Below, in pieces: positions 23,701 to 35,399 of a DNA stretch of 64,000 nt (the stretch's first letter is position 1; every line of letters starts with the position of its first letter). The notes under the pieces were generated by a model, which was not told the DNA's origin, searched no databases, and saw only the letters and a list, made by a program, of their open reading frames with translations. The position numbers and the translations under genes are program-made. The stretch spans positions 4,712,001-4,776,000 of the forward strand of contig NW_027361722.1 of the NCBI RefSeq assembly GCF_039654945.1, written 5' to 3'. This stretch comes from Dendrobates tinctorius (Eukaryota).

Positions 23701-26312
23701 GGTCTGTGTGCTGCTCGCCTTCCTGCGTGTCTGAGGTCTATGCGCGCTGCTCGCCTTCCTGCGCGTGGGCGGTCTATATGTGCTGCTCGCCTTCTTACGC
23801 GTCGGCGGTCTATATGCGCTGCTCGCCTTCCAGCGTTTCGGTGGTCTATGTGCGCTGCTCGCCTTCCTGCGCGTCGGCGATCGGGTGCACAGTAACAAGC
23901 CGCGATCGTTACTGGCGCTCCGAGAGAACATACAGCAAGACATTCAGGCTACGACCCCAGACCTCCTGCATATGGAGCGGCCGTGCTGGTGTGATTGGCT
24001 GAGGATAGTGGACATTTACCACACCGGCTTTATAATGTCCGTTTCTCATGGACCAAGTTATCTACAGTCCAATTTTCAGTACGATAAATCGTCCCTTTTA
24101 GACGATACAGTAATGTTTTCGGGTAAAGTAGCGAGTGAATTGCCCTGGAGTATTTGTGCAATGAGAAAACCAATTCACATGAGACTAAGCATAAAGAAGA
24201 GGGGAAGAAGTCTCCGCGGCCCCCAGTAACCCCGGAGTATGGTGTCTGCGGGGGCTGCACCATAAACGTCTCTCCCTAATAAGAACCCCAGTAATAGGTG
24301 AAGGCTCGTCACAGATTAATATAATTACCATGGAGACAAAGTAACAGATCAAGTAAAAAAAGAAAAAAACGTGTCGCCAGTCCGCACATTGTCACTACTC
24401 GCATTTCCCTTCCATGGGGGGTTTTGTCAGGAGGCCGAGGACCCTGGATAACTCTATACGAGCTAACGCCAGTGCGGTACTGTACAGAGCGGCCCAAAAT
24501 GACGATATGCCCCAACATCACACGCTCCACACTTGTCCGATTCCGGATCACATTGTTCTCCCTGAGATGAGCCGCCGGCAGACATTCCGGCAGAGGCTTT
24601 GTCATAGAAGACACGGGAGCACTAGGCCGGGTAAGAGACAGACAAGATGGCTGCCGGCTGAATGATCTGCCAAAGTCTGGAGGTGGACAAATTGGAGGCT
24701 GTGGTGTCAGCAGGATGACCTTCCTGTACATGACACCAGATGGGGGTCACCAAAGTGTTCTCTAATGCACCTGCTGAGCTTACACCACTGGCAGCACGGA
24801 GGACCCCTCTGGTCTTAGTGTCCCTCAGAGGACTGTCCCCCAATAGACGCATAGTCCCCTCCATGTGCCACCACTAGGGTTGATCGAATAGCTTCGGATA
24901 AGAGGTTATTTAAATAGCTGCCTTGGTGACCCGGATATCTGGAGCGCTCCTAATAATCAGCTGTTCGGCGTCGCGGCTGTGTGACAGTCACAACACATGT
25001 ATGGAGAGACTGCTTGTTGTGACGTCACACAGCCGCGACACATGCAGCTGCGGTGCCGGACAGCTGATCATCAGGAGCGCTCCAGCTATCCGGGTTCCCG
25101 ATGCAGCTATTCGGATAACCTCTAATCCACAGCTATTGGATTAGTCCTAGCCACCACCATGACAGGTCTCACCACGTACCGCGCCGCGCTGATTTCTAGT
25201 GAATGAGATGATTTTTGGAGGAATTATGTCCCTCAAATCCGGGCCCTCCGGGAGGCTTCTCCACTGTTTTCTTCCAATGTGGTGTACATGACTCCCCGGA
25301 TTATCAGCGGTGCCAGAGAACCTTATCGGCCCCCGATCTCATGGTCGTTGTGTGTCCGCCAGGGTTGTCTGTGATGTACGCTCTGTCTGTAAGAATCCTG
25401 ACTGCTGGGAAATCATCCACGGTAAAATAACGGCCCAGCCTCCACTCCACCATTACAGTAATATAACAGCCCGGCCTCCACTCTGCCCTTATGATAACGT
25501 AACGGCCCGGCCTCCGCTCCGCCGTTACAGTAACGTAACGGCCCGGCCTCCGCTCCGCCGTTACAGTAACGTAACGGCCCGGCCTCCGCTCCGCCGTTAC
25601 AGTAACGTAACGGCCCGGCCTCCACCACTGTAGTATAACAGCGCCTCATTATATGATTATGGCGCGGCGTTTCTCTGCCGTTCTTGACATTTGCAGTACT
25701 TGCTCTGTGACCACGATTTGTTTTCTTCTAGTCTTAGATCAGGAGGAGCCGAGTAATGGGGAGAAGAACGAGGAGAACTCTGAGGCTCCAGAGATGGACG
25801 GCTCCGATGTCACCTCCTACGAGATCTGTCTGAAGGAGAAACGGTGCGTGGCTCCTCGCACACATGACACCACCGCGCCACACATGACGCCGGCGTCTAT
25901 TCAGCGCACAGTGACGTCGCAGGCCGTCTGCACCTGATAATACACTTTACACAATCTCCGGTTGCTGTCAGTGAATCATCACTGGAAACCCAACTGTTCA
26001 TATTCAGTGACAGCAAGCGGCGATAATAGAGAACTGCAGACCCTGGATGAAATAAATCTAAGCGTTTCCTTGTCTCGCAGGTTTCGTGACGACTTCGGGC
26101 CGCTGCTCGAGGGCTGCACGTGTTACTGCTGCCGCAACCACAGCCGCGCCTACGTCCATCACCTCCTGACCGCCAAGGAGTTACTGGCCGGGATCCTCCT
26201 CATGATGCACAACTTCCAGCAATACTTCAGCTTCTTCCGATCGGTGCGTCAGGCGATGCGTGACGGGAAGTTCTCCGACCTAAAGCAGATGATCCAGAGA
26301 CAATCGTCCTGA
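14576..26312 (+). CDS. QTRT2: Queuine tRNA-ribosyltransferase accessory subunit 2, 8 coding exons, 413 aa
   Basis: join(14576..14778,17990..18045,20848..20924,21270..21479,21577..21776,22169..22320,25732..25843,26081..26312). GT-AG introns, phases consistent, 1242 nt. Motifs: [48 protein letters not shown], and the Zn site CTCYCC...MMHN. AATAAA at 26344-26349. A probable non-coding exon donor lies at 14332. Confidence 0.96.
14810..17935. repeat. 32/33/40-bp purine-rich minisatellite filling the first coding intron of QTRT2
   Basis: Core cacagaggatgtcaggagag; blocks of variant units. Confidence 0.96.
17990..18045 (+). CDS. QTRT2: QTRT2 coding exon 2
   Basis: [18 protein letters not shown]. 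Confidence 0.92.
18775..20034 (+). mobile_element. Tc1-like DD36E (Incomer-type) transposon, defective
   Basis: 27-bp TIRs CAGGGGTTGGACAAAATAATGGAAACA; TA on the left. Transposase runs from 18963 to about 19992 with a frameshift near 19400 and a TAG at 19852. FSDES...EDN-36aa-IIE. Confidence 0.9.
20848..20924 (+). CDS. QTRT2: QTRT2 coding exon 3
   Basis: [26 protein letters not shown]. Confidence 0.92.
21270..21479 (+). CDS. QTRT2: QTRT2 coding exon 4
   Basis: [12 protein letters not shown]...QCLSDGEV...[13 protein letters not shown]. Confidence 0.93.
21577..21776 (+). CDS. QTRT2: QTRT2 coding exon 5
   Basis: [14 protein letters not shown]...AELPEDKPR. Confidence 0.93.
22169..22320 (+). 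CDS. QTRT2: QTRT2 coding exon 6
   Basis: [37 protein letters not shown]. Confidence 0.93.
22580..23880. repeat. 34-bp CpG-rich minisatellite
   Basis: gcgctgctcgccttcctgcgcgtgggcggtctgt; homogeneous core with diverged edges. Confidence 0.95.
24875..25149. mobile_element. hAT-type palindromic MITE
   Basis: Ends TAGGGTTGATCGAATAGC...GCTATTGGATTAGTCCTA; perfect 8-bp TSD GCCACCAC at 24867-24874 and 25150-25157. Confidence 0.85.
25428..25640. repeat. 36-bp tandem repeat
   Basis: taacggcccggcctccgctccgccgttacagtaacg, about 5.5 copies. Confidence 0.9.
25732..25843 (+). CDS. QTRT2: QTRT2 coding exon 7
   Basis: VLDQEE...[11 protein letters not shown]. Confidence 0.88.
26081..26312 (+). CDS. QTRT2: QTRT2 last coding exon
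   Basis: [29 protein letters not shown]...IQRQSS*. Confidence 0.94.
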
Positions 26313-27089
26313 GATGCGGGTTATTACGCTACTCTACCATTATAATAAAACGGACTCCAACAGGAGATTTTCTAACTGCTGCTCCCCAGGTGTGAATATT
26401 TCTGCACTGGTCGGGTCTAAAGGAGGACTCTCTGCTGCCAGGGGTGTAGATCTCACCGTTCTTTATCCTGTCATTAAGGGAGCCAACCCCACATCTGCTG
26501 GTGACGGGCTTCATGTGGATTTCCGCTGCTCCATTTCGCCATATTTTATGGATATGATTGCGTCTGTCCCGTTACATCATTATGCTACTTCTTACTTATC
26601 TCTACTGCTTTCGGGATGTTCCTCCTTATCAGATCTGTTGCCTTCGGCTCCTCTACACCTGATCATCGCCTTCTTTCCCAGCTGATGCCACATCTGACAC
26701 GTTCATCCCTAGTACTTCGGACAAGCCCAGCTCTGCTACATCAGCTCTTCCCAATCACCTTCTCGTGCATGACTGGGATGAAAAGGATTGAAACTGACTA
26801 TGCGGAACCGTGGCCGAGAAACAGCAAAGAGGAACCAACACCCAGTTCTGGCGGCCGGAGCTTCTCTGTCATTCTAAAATATTCATTTAAAATTAGAAAT
26901 GGTTTAATTTCCATCTGCATCTCAGCCATACTGGATTCTTGGTGCAGCGAAGGATTGAGGAGACCATGGGCCCTGAGAAAAAGTTTCCCTGCCGCCTTTT
27001 CACACCCTTGTCCTGCCCCCATGTCTGTAGCTGACATCCCCTTGCATTAATTTCTCTGAATATGAAAATAAATTCTTCTGAGCATTGGC

Positions 27090-28180
27090 CTCACGACTTT
27101 TAATATTATCCTCCGAGACGTCACCACACTTATCCCACTTTGCCTCCATTGATCGGATTCCCTCCAAATAGGAGACTTCTCGCCGCTGTAAGATCCCTGT
27201 TACTGCCTCTTTAAATTGTCATTGAATTTCCCCCACAGAAATGTCTTCAAGTTGTGAAATAAAGTGATCACTGGCAGCCCGGTCTGGACTGTTGGGTGGG
27301 TGGTGAAGCTCCATGGAGCCGCATTCCCTGATAAGCAGCTTGTGATTTGCGAGATTTGTGGGCTGGGGCATTGTCGTGAAGCAGCGACGCACCGGCCGAC
27401 AACTTTCCCTGGCCTTTCTCTGTGATTGCCTCACGTAACGCCGTCATTGCTGAAGCAGAGGTGTCTCCAGTAATTGTTGTCTTCTGTGGCATGACTTCTA
27501 GACCTGTATCTGAAAGTCACCAAGCTACAACTTACCTACTGTGGACTCCTCACACAGAGCAATCACTGGAGAAGGACATCATGGTCAGAAGAACAGAAGG
27601 AACACGGCGAAGAGGAAGACCAGCAGCATGATTGCTTGATACTGACACGATATGGCTGAGAAAACCCTGGTGACCTATCTAGGCTTGGACATGATCCATC
27701 TTCCTACAGAGCGTTCATCATCCATTAAGTCGCCACGGCTCGAGATCAAGCTGAAGGCCATTAAAGAAGTATCACAAAAATCTGTTGCCATGATCTTTCC
27801 AGTTGACTGCTGGAAATAAAATGTCTCTGGAGTTGGTGACCCCTTGTGCCTCCATTGTTTGGTCTCAGGATCATGGTGGAGGAGCCATGTTTCTAGAATT
27901 CTGGAATAGAAGCCTCCTGAGTTTTCCCTATGCATGTCTAAATTTCCTTGGCTAAATTGCTGGTGACAGGTTTTTTGCTCAGTTGTCAACATTCGTGGCA
28001 TCAACGGGGAACTGAACGTCATCAAGACATCATGAGTGATACTGGAAATTGCACCAACTGAGATGCCTAATTCATGAGTTTTGACTTTGACCTGACAATC
28101 TTCCAAAATCATGGCCTCCACTTTAAGGCACATTTCCTTAGAAGCTGACCCCCGTTCAGGGCAACCTGTTGAAGCATCTT
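27090..28180 (-). mobile_element. Degenerate mariner (DD34D-type) transposase remnant
   Basis: WLLHHDPETKQ, KIMAT.F, LLHDNAPAHKS and HPPNSPDRAASDHF in broken frames; boundaries approximate. Confidence 0.75.
27500..27770 (+). mobile_element. RTE-clade LINE 3' fragment inserted in the mariner remnant
   Basis: SLEKDIMV..TEGTRRRGRP C-terminal motif typical of RTE ORF2. Confidence 0.6.
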
Positions 28181-28457
28181 CAATTGAATTCTTGAAGTCT
28201 TCCTGCAGGTCTTAATCCAATAAGTGACCACGTGTCGTCCTGCAGGTCCTAAAGAAATAAGTACCAAGAATCAACAAAGTCACAATGTACATAAAATCTG
28301 TGGCTGATCGTGGGCCACTCTGACGTTTTGCATGGTGTAAAGCCTGTGGTGTAATCTGCTGCTGGTTGGGGGACAAGACATATGGCCGCCATTACTGCCC
28401 CTGCGATGCTCCACTGCATTATAACCACAGAGTGAGTGTGAAGCATCATGACAGCTA

Positions 28458-28650
28458 CAGCGGGTGAAATAATTATTGAACACGTCTAAAGTTACTTATA
28501 ACTTAATTTATGGACAGCTATAGATGATTTCTTTCCTGTGTGGATTGGACGGGTTGTCACCGACATCTGGGGAGAATTTCATGGCAATAGCAGCTTTAGA
28601 AATAGATTTACTTAGATTGGTGACGTGTTTAATACTTATTTCGCTCGCTG
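28458..28650. mobile_element. Tc1-derived MITE
   Basis: TA|CAGCGGGTGAAATAATTATTGAACACGTC...GACGTGTTTAATACTTATTTCGCTCGCTG|TA. Confidence 0.75.
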
Positions 28651-29339
28651 TATATTGGCAGCCATAATGGATATTTCCCGACTTATCTAGATTCAGACAG
28701 GACTGAGAAACGCTTAACCATCCATAGAACAGGTAGAGATGACCTCCTAGAATTGACTTGATGGTGTGGGGGCCGTGCTGTAACCCCTGGCATAACGTGG
28801 TTTTATTAATAGCATGGATCGGCTGTGATCATAACAACCAGCAGAGAAGCGGCGTTCCTGGCAGGGAGCTCCCGAGGTCACCCCGCAGCCCCCGGGGACA
28901 CGGTGTCTGAAAGCCGCAATTATATCAGCGTCTCTCGCAGAGATGCAATTGTGCTATTGCAATGATTTCTACAATTGGAGATCCATCTCCTGTGCCAAGT
29001 AATCCAGCTGGGAAAGACAGCGCACAGCAGAGCCGAGCATGTAGCAGAGCGCAGCCGGTAACACTACATCATGTGCCTGGGATCGGGCCAGGTTATAGAA
29101 ATGTGCCCAAAAAGGGGCCGATGGGTGAAGCCGATCTGGTCAGAGAGAAAATTAGTTTATAGAAGACAATCAGTGACCGTCACATAACACCGAGACACGG
29201 GATACAGATACCAGCCTCATATCCGGGCCCTGAGCCATAGGGGCCTCATCTGATGTGCTGAATGTACAGACGAGGGGTCGACAAGTGCACAACTACAACC
29301 CCCAATGTGTCAACCAAAAGGTGCATTAGGACAGATGTG

Positions 29340-29620
29340 AGATATATAGATGAGCATCATCACCCCAATCCTCCTGTACGGCAGTGAAGTCCGGAGTCCT
29401 CACACATTCCCAAGGTGGGATTCCAGCCCAACAAAAATATTCCACCAGGAATTCTGTAAGACCCCGCTCCAAGTCCATCGGAGCACCTCCAACAGTGTCT
29501 GCTGGGCTGAATGAGGCAGGTTACCCAAAACCTCAGTATCCAGAAGAGGGCACTGTCCTTCCATGGTCACCAACGTAGGAGCAGTTCAAGCTTGCATTAC
29601 CATAAAGCCCTGCTACATGT
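29340..29620 (+). mobile_element. Degenerate non-LTR retrotransposon ORF2 fragment
   Basis: IITPILLYGSEV motif from the region C-terminal to RT. Confidence 0.45.
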
Positions 29621-29704
29621 AGGTGGTCGACCCAAACCAGGACCCCAGAACAGCCCAACCAAACCAGGACCACCAGAACAGCCCAACCAAACCCGTCCCA
29701 TGAG

Positions 29705-31445
29705 GAAGAGAGCAGTGCAGTATGTGAGCACATGGGAGAAAGCAGCACAGTATATGAGCGCTGGGGAGAGAGCAGTGCAGTATGTGAGCACGTGGGAGAG
29801 CAGCGCAGTATGTGAGTGTGAGGGAGAGAGCAGCGCAGTATGTGAGTGCAGGGGAGAGCGCAGCGCAGTATGTGAGCATGGGGGAGAGCGCAGCGCAGTA
29901 TGTGAGTGCAGGGGAGAGCGCAGCGCAGTATGTGAGTGCAGGGGAGAGCGCAGCGCAGTATGTGAGTGCAGGGGAGAGCGCAGCATGTGAGTGCAGGGGA
30001 GAGCGCAGCGCAGTATGTGAGTGCAGGGGAGAGCGCAGCGCAGTATGTGAGCATGGGGGAGAGAGCAGCGCAGTATGTGAGCATGGGGGAGAGCGCAGCG
30101 CAGTATGTGAGTGCTGGGGAGAGCGCAGCGCAGTATGTGAGCATGGGGGAGAGAGCAGCGCAGTATGTGAGTGCTGGGGAGAGCGCAGCGCAGTATGTGA
30201 GTGCTGGGGAGAGCGCAGCGCAGTATGTGAGTGCAGGGGAGAGCGCAGCGCAGTATGTGAGTGCTGGGGAGAGCGCAGCGCAGTATGTGAGCATGGGGGA
30301 GAGAGCAGCGCAGTATGTGAGTGCTGGGGAGAGCGCAGCGCAGTATGTGAGTGCAGGGGAGAGCGCAGTGCAGTATGTGAGTGCAGGGGAGAGCGCAGCG
30401 CAGTATGTGAGTGCAGGGGAGAGCACAGCGCAGTATGTGAGTGCAGGGGAGAGCGCAGCGCAGTATGTGAGTGCAGGGGAGAGCGCAGCGCAGTATGTGA
30501 GCATGGGGGAGAGAGCAGCGCAGTATGTGAGCATGGGGGAGAGCGCAGCGCAGTATGTGAGTGCTGGGGAGAGAGCAGCGCAGTATTTGAGCGTGGGGGA
30601 GAGAGCAGCACGGTATGTGAGCGCGGGGGAGAGTGCAGCGCGGTATGTGAGCACGGGGGAGAGAGCAGCGCGATATGTGAGCGTGGGGGAGAGAGCAGCG
30701 CAGTATGTGAGCGCAGTATTTGAGAGCGTGGGGGAGAGAGCAGCGCAGTATGTGAGCGTGGGGGAGAGAGCAGCGCAGTATTTGAGCGTGGGGGAGAGAT
30801 CATCGCAGTATATGAGCGCGGGGGAGAGAGCAGCGGAGTATGTGAGCGCGGGGAAGAGAGCAGCACAGTATGTGAGCGCGGGGGAGAGAGCAGCGCAGTA
30901 TGTGAGCGCGGGGGAGAGAGCAGCGCGGTATGTGAGCTCGGGGGAGAGAGCAGCGCGGTATGTGATTGTGGAGGAGAGAGTAGCGTAGTATGTGAGCGTG
31001 GGGGAGAGCAGCGCAGTATGTGAGCGCGGGGAGAGTGCAGTGCAGTATGTGAGCGTGGGGGAGAGTGCAGTATGTGAGCGTGGGGGAGAGTGCTGCGCAG
31101 TATGCGAGTGCTGGGGGAGAGTGGGGGAGAGAGCAGCGCAGTATATGAGTGTGGGGGAGAGAGCAGCGCAGTATATGAGTGTGGGGGAGAGAGCAGTGCA
31201 GTATGTGAGTGGAGGAGAGAACAGCGCTGTATGTGAGCGCGGGGGAGCAGCGCAGTATTTGAGAGCGTGGGGGAGAGAGCAGTGCAGTATGTGAGCGTGG
31301 GGGAGAGAGCAGCGCAGTATGTGAGCGTGGGGGAGAGAGCAGCGCAAAATGTGAGCGTGGGGGAGAGAGCAGCGCATTATGTGAGCGCGGGGGAGAGTGC
31401 AGTGCAGTATGTGAGCGTGGGGGAGAGTGCAGCGCAGTATGTGAC
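29705..31445. repeat. 30-bp minisatellite
   Basis: gagcgcagcgcagtatgtgagtgcagggga and variants. Confidence 0.95.
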
Positions 31446-31879
31446 CTGCCACCCCAACTCTCCTTGTCCACCATAGCAACCAATCACACTGCACCTTTCA
31501 TTTTACCAGCGAAAAAAAAAAAAAAAAAGCTGCGTTCTCATTGGTTGCTGTCGTAAACTGAAAGCTGAGCTCTGATTGGTCCCTGAGGAGCTGGTATATT
31601 TTACAGGTCTTGTAATATTGCCATATTGGGTAATGCATTGTGTGTATATAGATATTCTTGTGTTGAATAGATATAGGGAAAGTGTAGGGTTTAGATTTAG
31701 CCCACTAGGGGGGGGCACAATAGAGTAAGATAGGATTTAGCTCGCTAGCAGGGGCCGGCTGAGGGCGCTTCCTGGGAGTCTGGAGAAGGAGTGTGAGCCG
31801 GGAGCTCAAATATGAAAAAAAAAAAAATTATCGAACCTCCCCCTTTTTTACCCCATAAGGCTGGTCCTTAAGGGGTTAA

Positions 31880-32153
31880 GGCTAGTTCCACACTAGCGTT
31901 TATTCCACGCAGCGCACGGTGCCGCTAAGCCCCGCCCCCTGCCGGCTCCCTGCCCGCCCCATCCGGTCATCACTGTCGCACATGGACGCTTGCGATCTGC
32001 GCACCCTATCTTTAGCATGTTGCATTTCGGCGCACCTTCAAAAATGTGCAGCGCACGCCAAAATCCTACTAGCGCACGGGCAGGGAGCCGGCAGGGGGCG
32101 GGGCTTAGCGGCGCTGTGCACTGCGTGGAATAAACGCTAGTGTGAAACTAGCC
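31880..32153. mobile_element. PIF/Harbinger-type palindromic MITE
   Basis: TIR GGCTAGTTCCACACTAGCG / CGCTAGTGTGAAACTAGCC, flanked by TTAA on both sides. Confidence 0.8.
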
Positions 32154-32157
32154 TTAA

Positions 32158-33376
32158 CCCCTTAAGGACCAGCCTTATGGGGTATTTTGTTTGTGAATTT
32201 CTATTTTTCCCTCCCAGAGCCATAACTTTGTTATTTTTCCGTTAATATGGCCAAGTGAGGGCTTTTATTTGCGGGATGCGTTTAACCTTTGAATGACACC
32301 ATTGGTTTTACCATGCTGTGTACTGGAAAACGGGGAAAAAAAATTCAGTCAGGTGAAATTTTTTAAAAAAGTGCAAACCCATAAAAGTTTTTTTTTTTTT
32401 TTTTTTTTACCATGTTCACTAAATGCTAAGACTGCCACCTGCCAGTCTGATTCTCCAGGTGATTACGAGTTCACAGACACCAAACATGTCTAGCTTCATT
32501 TTTATTTAATCGGTGAAAAAAAATTTAAAACTTCGCTAAATAAAAAAATAAATTGCGTCATTTTCGAGACCCGCAGCGTCTCCATTTTCCGTGATCTCAG
32601 GTTGGGTGGGGGCTTATTTTTTGCGCACCGAGCTGACGTTTTTATTGATAGGATTTTTGATCGCCCATTATTGCATTTTGTTGCAATGTTGCAGCGATCA
32701 AAAAAATGTAATTCTGGCGTTTTGATTTTTTTCTCGTTACACCATTTACCAGTCGGAGTCATTATTTTTATATATTGATAGATTGGGCGATTTCGAACAT
32801 GGCGATACCAAATATGTCCATTTTTTTCTTGTTTTATTTTGAATGGGGCAAATGGGGGATGGTTTAAACTTTTATATTTTTTATTTTTTTAAAAACTTTT
32901 TTTTTTTTTTTACTTTCTACATTCTTCAATAGTCTCCATGGGAGACTAGAACTTGCAATCATCCGATCGTCTATGCTACACTTAGGGCTGCAGCCCTGCT
33001 CTATGTAGTAGAAATAGTCACTTGCTATGAGTGATGACCGCCGGGCGGCGCTCATAGTGATCCAGCAATGACAACCACAGGGGTCTCCTGCATTCCCCGG
33101 GTTGTCGTGACAATCCATTGGCGACCCATGATCATGTGACACAGGTGCCGATGGGCAGGAGACACTCGTGGTTGTCATTGCAGAGATTGACAGCGGCATG
33201 TAACATGTTAACAGCTGCGGGTGGAATGCAATTCCACCCGTGGCTGTTAGGGGGACATGAGAGCTGATCAGATCAGCTGTCATGTGCCGGAAAAGGTGCA
33301 GGCTCATGGCCGGAGCCCGCAGCAGACAGGAGGAGGCGTCCAATGTAGGGTATAGCCGGCATTGGAGGTTAAAGGG
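32158..33376. mobile_element. TTAA-flanked non-autonomous DNA element (piggyBac-like)
   Basis: TTAA|CCCCTTAAGGACC ... GGAGGTTAAAGGG|TTAA; non-coding interior. Confidence 0.5.
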
Positions 33377-35194
33377 TTAATAATAAAGAAAATAAATGAG
33401 CATATTTGTTATCGCCTCGTCCGTCAAAGTTGGATCTATCAATATACAATATTAATTAACCCAAACAGTAAATACTGTAAAGGGAAAAATAAACAAAAAG
33501 CCACAATAAAAAACATGTTAAATCTAACATAGGAAGGAACCAATAAAGCCGTTAGCTCACCACACGAGAAAATCCCTCAGCTCCATCGACGGAAAAGTAA
33601 GAAAGTTACTGATCTCAGAAAATGGCGACAATAACATTTTTTATTTTTCATTTACAAAATTCCAATTTCTTTTTTCATCCTTTAAATTAAAAAAAAAAAA
33701 GTAAAACTTTGGTATCGTAATGGCTCCAACCCGGAGAATCCTGCTTCCAGGTCATTTTTACGGCACAATAAGCGGAGTAAGAACAAATCCCCCAAACTTT
33801 GCTGGAACGGAGGATTGTTTTCGCTATTTCCCCCCATTTTTTCTTTTTTTCAGTCCATTTATATAATAAAGTGAATGGCGGCATCCAAAACCACAACTCG
33901 TCCCACAATAAACAATCCTCATGTATCCGTGGGGACCGAAAAATGAAAAAAGTTACAGCTCTTGAAAGGAGGAGAGGAAAAAAATGGAAGAGGAAAAACT
34001 AAAAATTGACTCTAGGGGTTGTCCAAGCATGTGATCATCTCAGTATCTGCCATACTCGGCAGCGGTCTCCCCGGTGGATCCAGCACAGGCTGATCCAGGC
34101 TTCACTGAAAGTGATGGCGTTCACGGGAAAGTGGAAGCCTGTGGTCAAGAGAAGTGACCATGGAGGGAGGGTAGTCTATTCCACCATCTGTATGGATGGG
34201 GGGCTCCTGCACTGATCACCTACTCACCTTAGGTGACGATCATAGCGCCTTGTCTCATATATGGGGGCACACTGACACTGCTCCAGTTCTGCGGTGATGG
34301 TGGGAGGAAAAGGCAAGGTTCCCAATTTTTGGTGTCTCATCACCTTGCAATCCTCATATAGAAGACATACGACATCCTAGATGATAGATCTGGAGGCACG
34401 GATGCTCTGGAGACCACGACCAGTGCAAAGATGATGCCCATATCTTGTGGTCCCCTAATCTGGAGTACCGTACAACAGAGCCCCAAACCTGAGGTGTGAA
34501 ATACTGAAGAGTGCCCCCAACAACCAGTCACATCAGTATGAGCAATGCTGCCCCCGATTAGTCCTTATACCCTAACGGGGGACAGGAGGCTCCAACCAGA
34601 ACCTTTGACATCATCACACTTAATTTAGGGGTGGTACTCCTCATAGATCTTCCTGAGATTGTGCACCCCCTGCTCCAGCAGTCTCCTCTTCATTTTTGCA
34701 TATGTATTGAACGTGGACCCATCATTCTAGACCTTTTTGATTAGTGGGGGTCCAACTGCTAGGACTCTTATCACATCCCCACTAGAAGGAAACTGCAGAG
34801 CGCATGCTCAACCGTTATTCACTACGGGCCTCACTTTCTCCAGTGGCCCCGCAGGGAATTGTGATCAGTGGGGGTCTGACTGTAAGATACATGATAGCTT
34901 CTACATTCTTGAATACCCCTTTAAACATTGTTCTGAGCTGTGGCCCCATCTTTTCCTTTGTTTTCTATAGTTGGAGCTCCAGAACTGACCCCTGAATGGA
35001 GATTGGATCTGTCCAAGGAGAGTGTCAGACCCCGAAAAAAGCCTGGCAGTATGGCGGACTCTTTTAAATCTATACCTTGTGTAAATATTCACACCTGTGT
35101 AGACTAACTTGTAAGTATCAGTCTCGTCTCCCCCACAGATGTTCTCGTGTGGTTTATACGTTTCCTCCTCTATAGATTCTGTACACAGTAACTT

Positions 35195-35316
35195 CCTCTG
35201 CTCACTTCTCTGGTATCTGATGGTGAGGACCCCGGACCTCTGCTCACTTCTCTGGTATCTGATGGTGAGGACCCCGGACCTCTGCTCACTTCTCTGGTAT
35301 CTGATGGTGAGGACCC
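35195..35316 (+). repeat. Triplicated 42-bp unit upstream of the TIGIT ATG
   Basis: cctctgctcacttctctggtatctgatggtgaggaccccgga at 35195, 35237 and 35279. Confidence 0.9.
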
Positions 35317-35338
35317 TGGGCCCCTGCGCTACCCCACA

Positions 35339-35399
35339 ATGACTCCACATTCCAGGGACTGGGCTCTGCAGATGATTGTCTTCCTCCTCCCCACCATCG
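35339..35399 (+). CDS. TIGIT: TIGIT exon 1 (signal peptide)
   Basis: MTPHSRDWALQMIVFLLPTI, then a phase-1 donor G|GTGAGT; joins exon 2 to give ...PTIVVAVAETF. Confidence 0.72.

Noticed and set aside
22579-24002. ORFs of 257-415 aa and an apparent CpG island
   Set aside because: 34-bp intronic VNTR; the CpG density comes from the repeat unit
29533-31494. 653-aa and overlapping repetitive ORFs
   Set aside because: 30-bp minisatellite artefact
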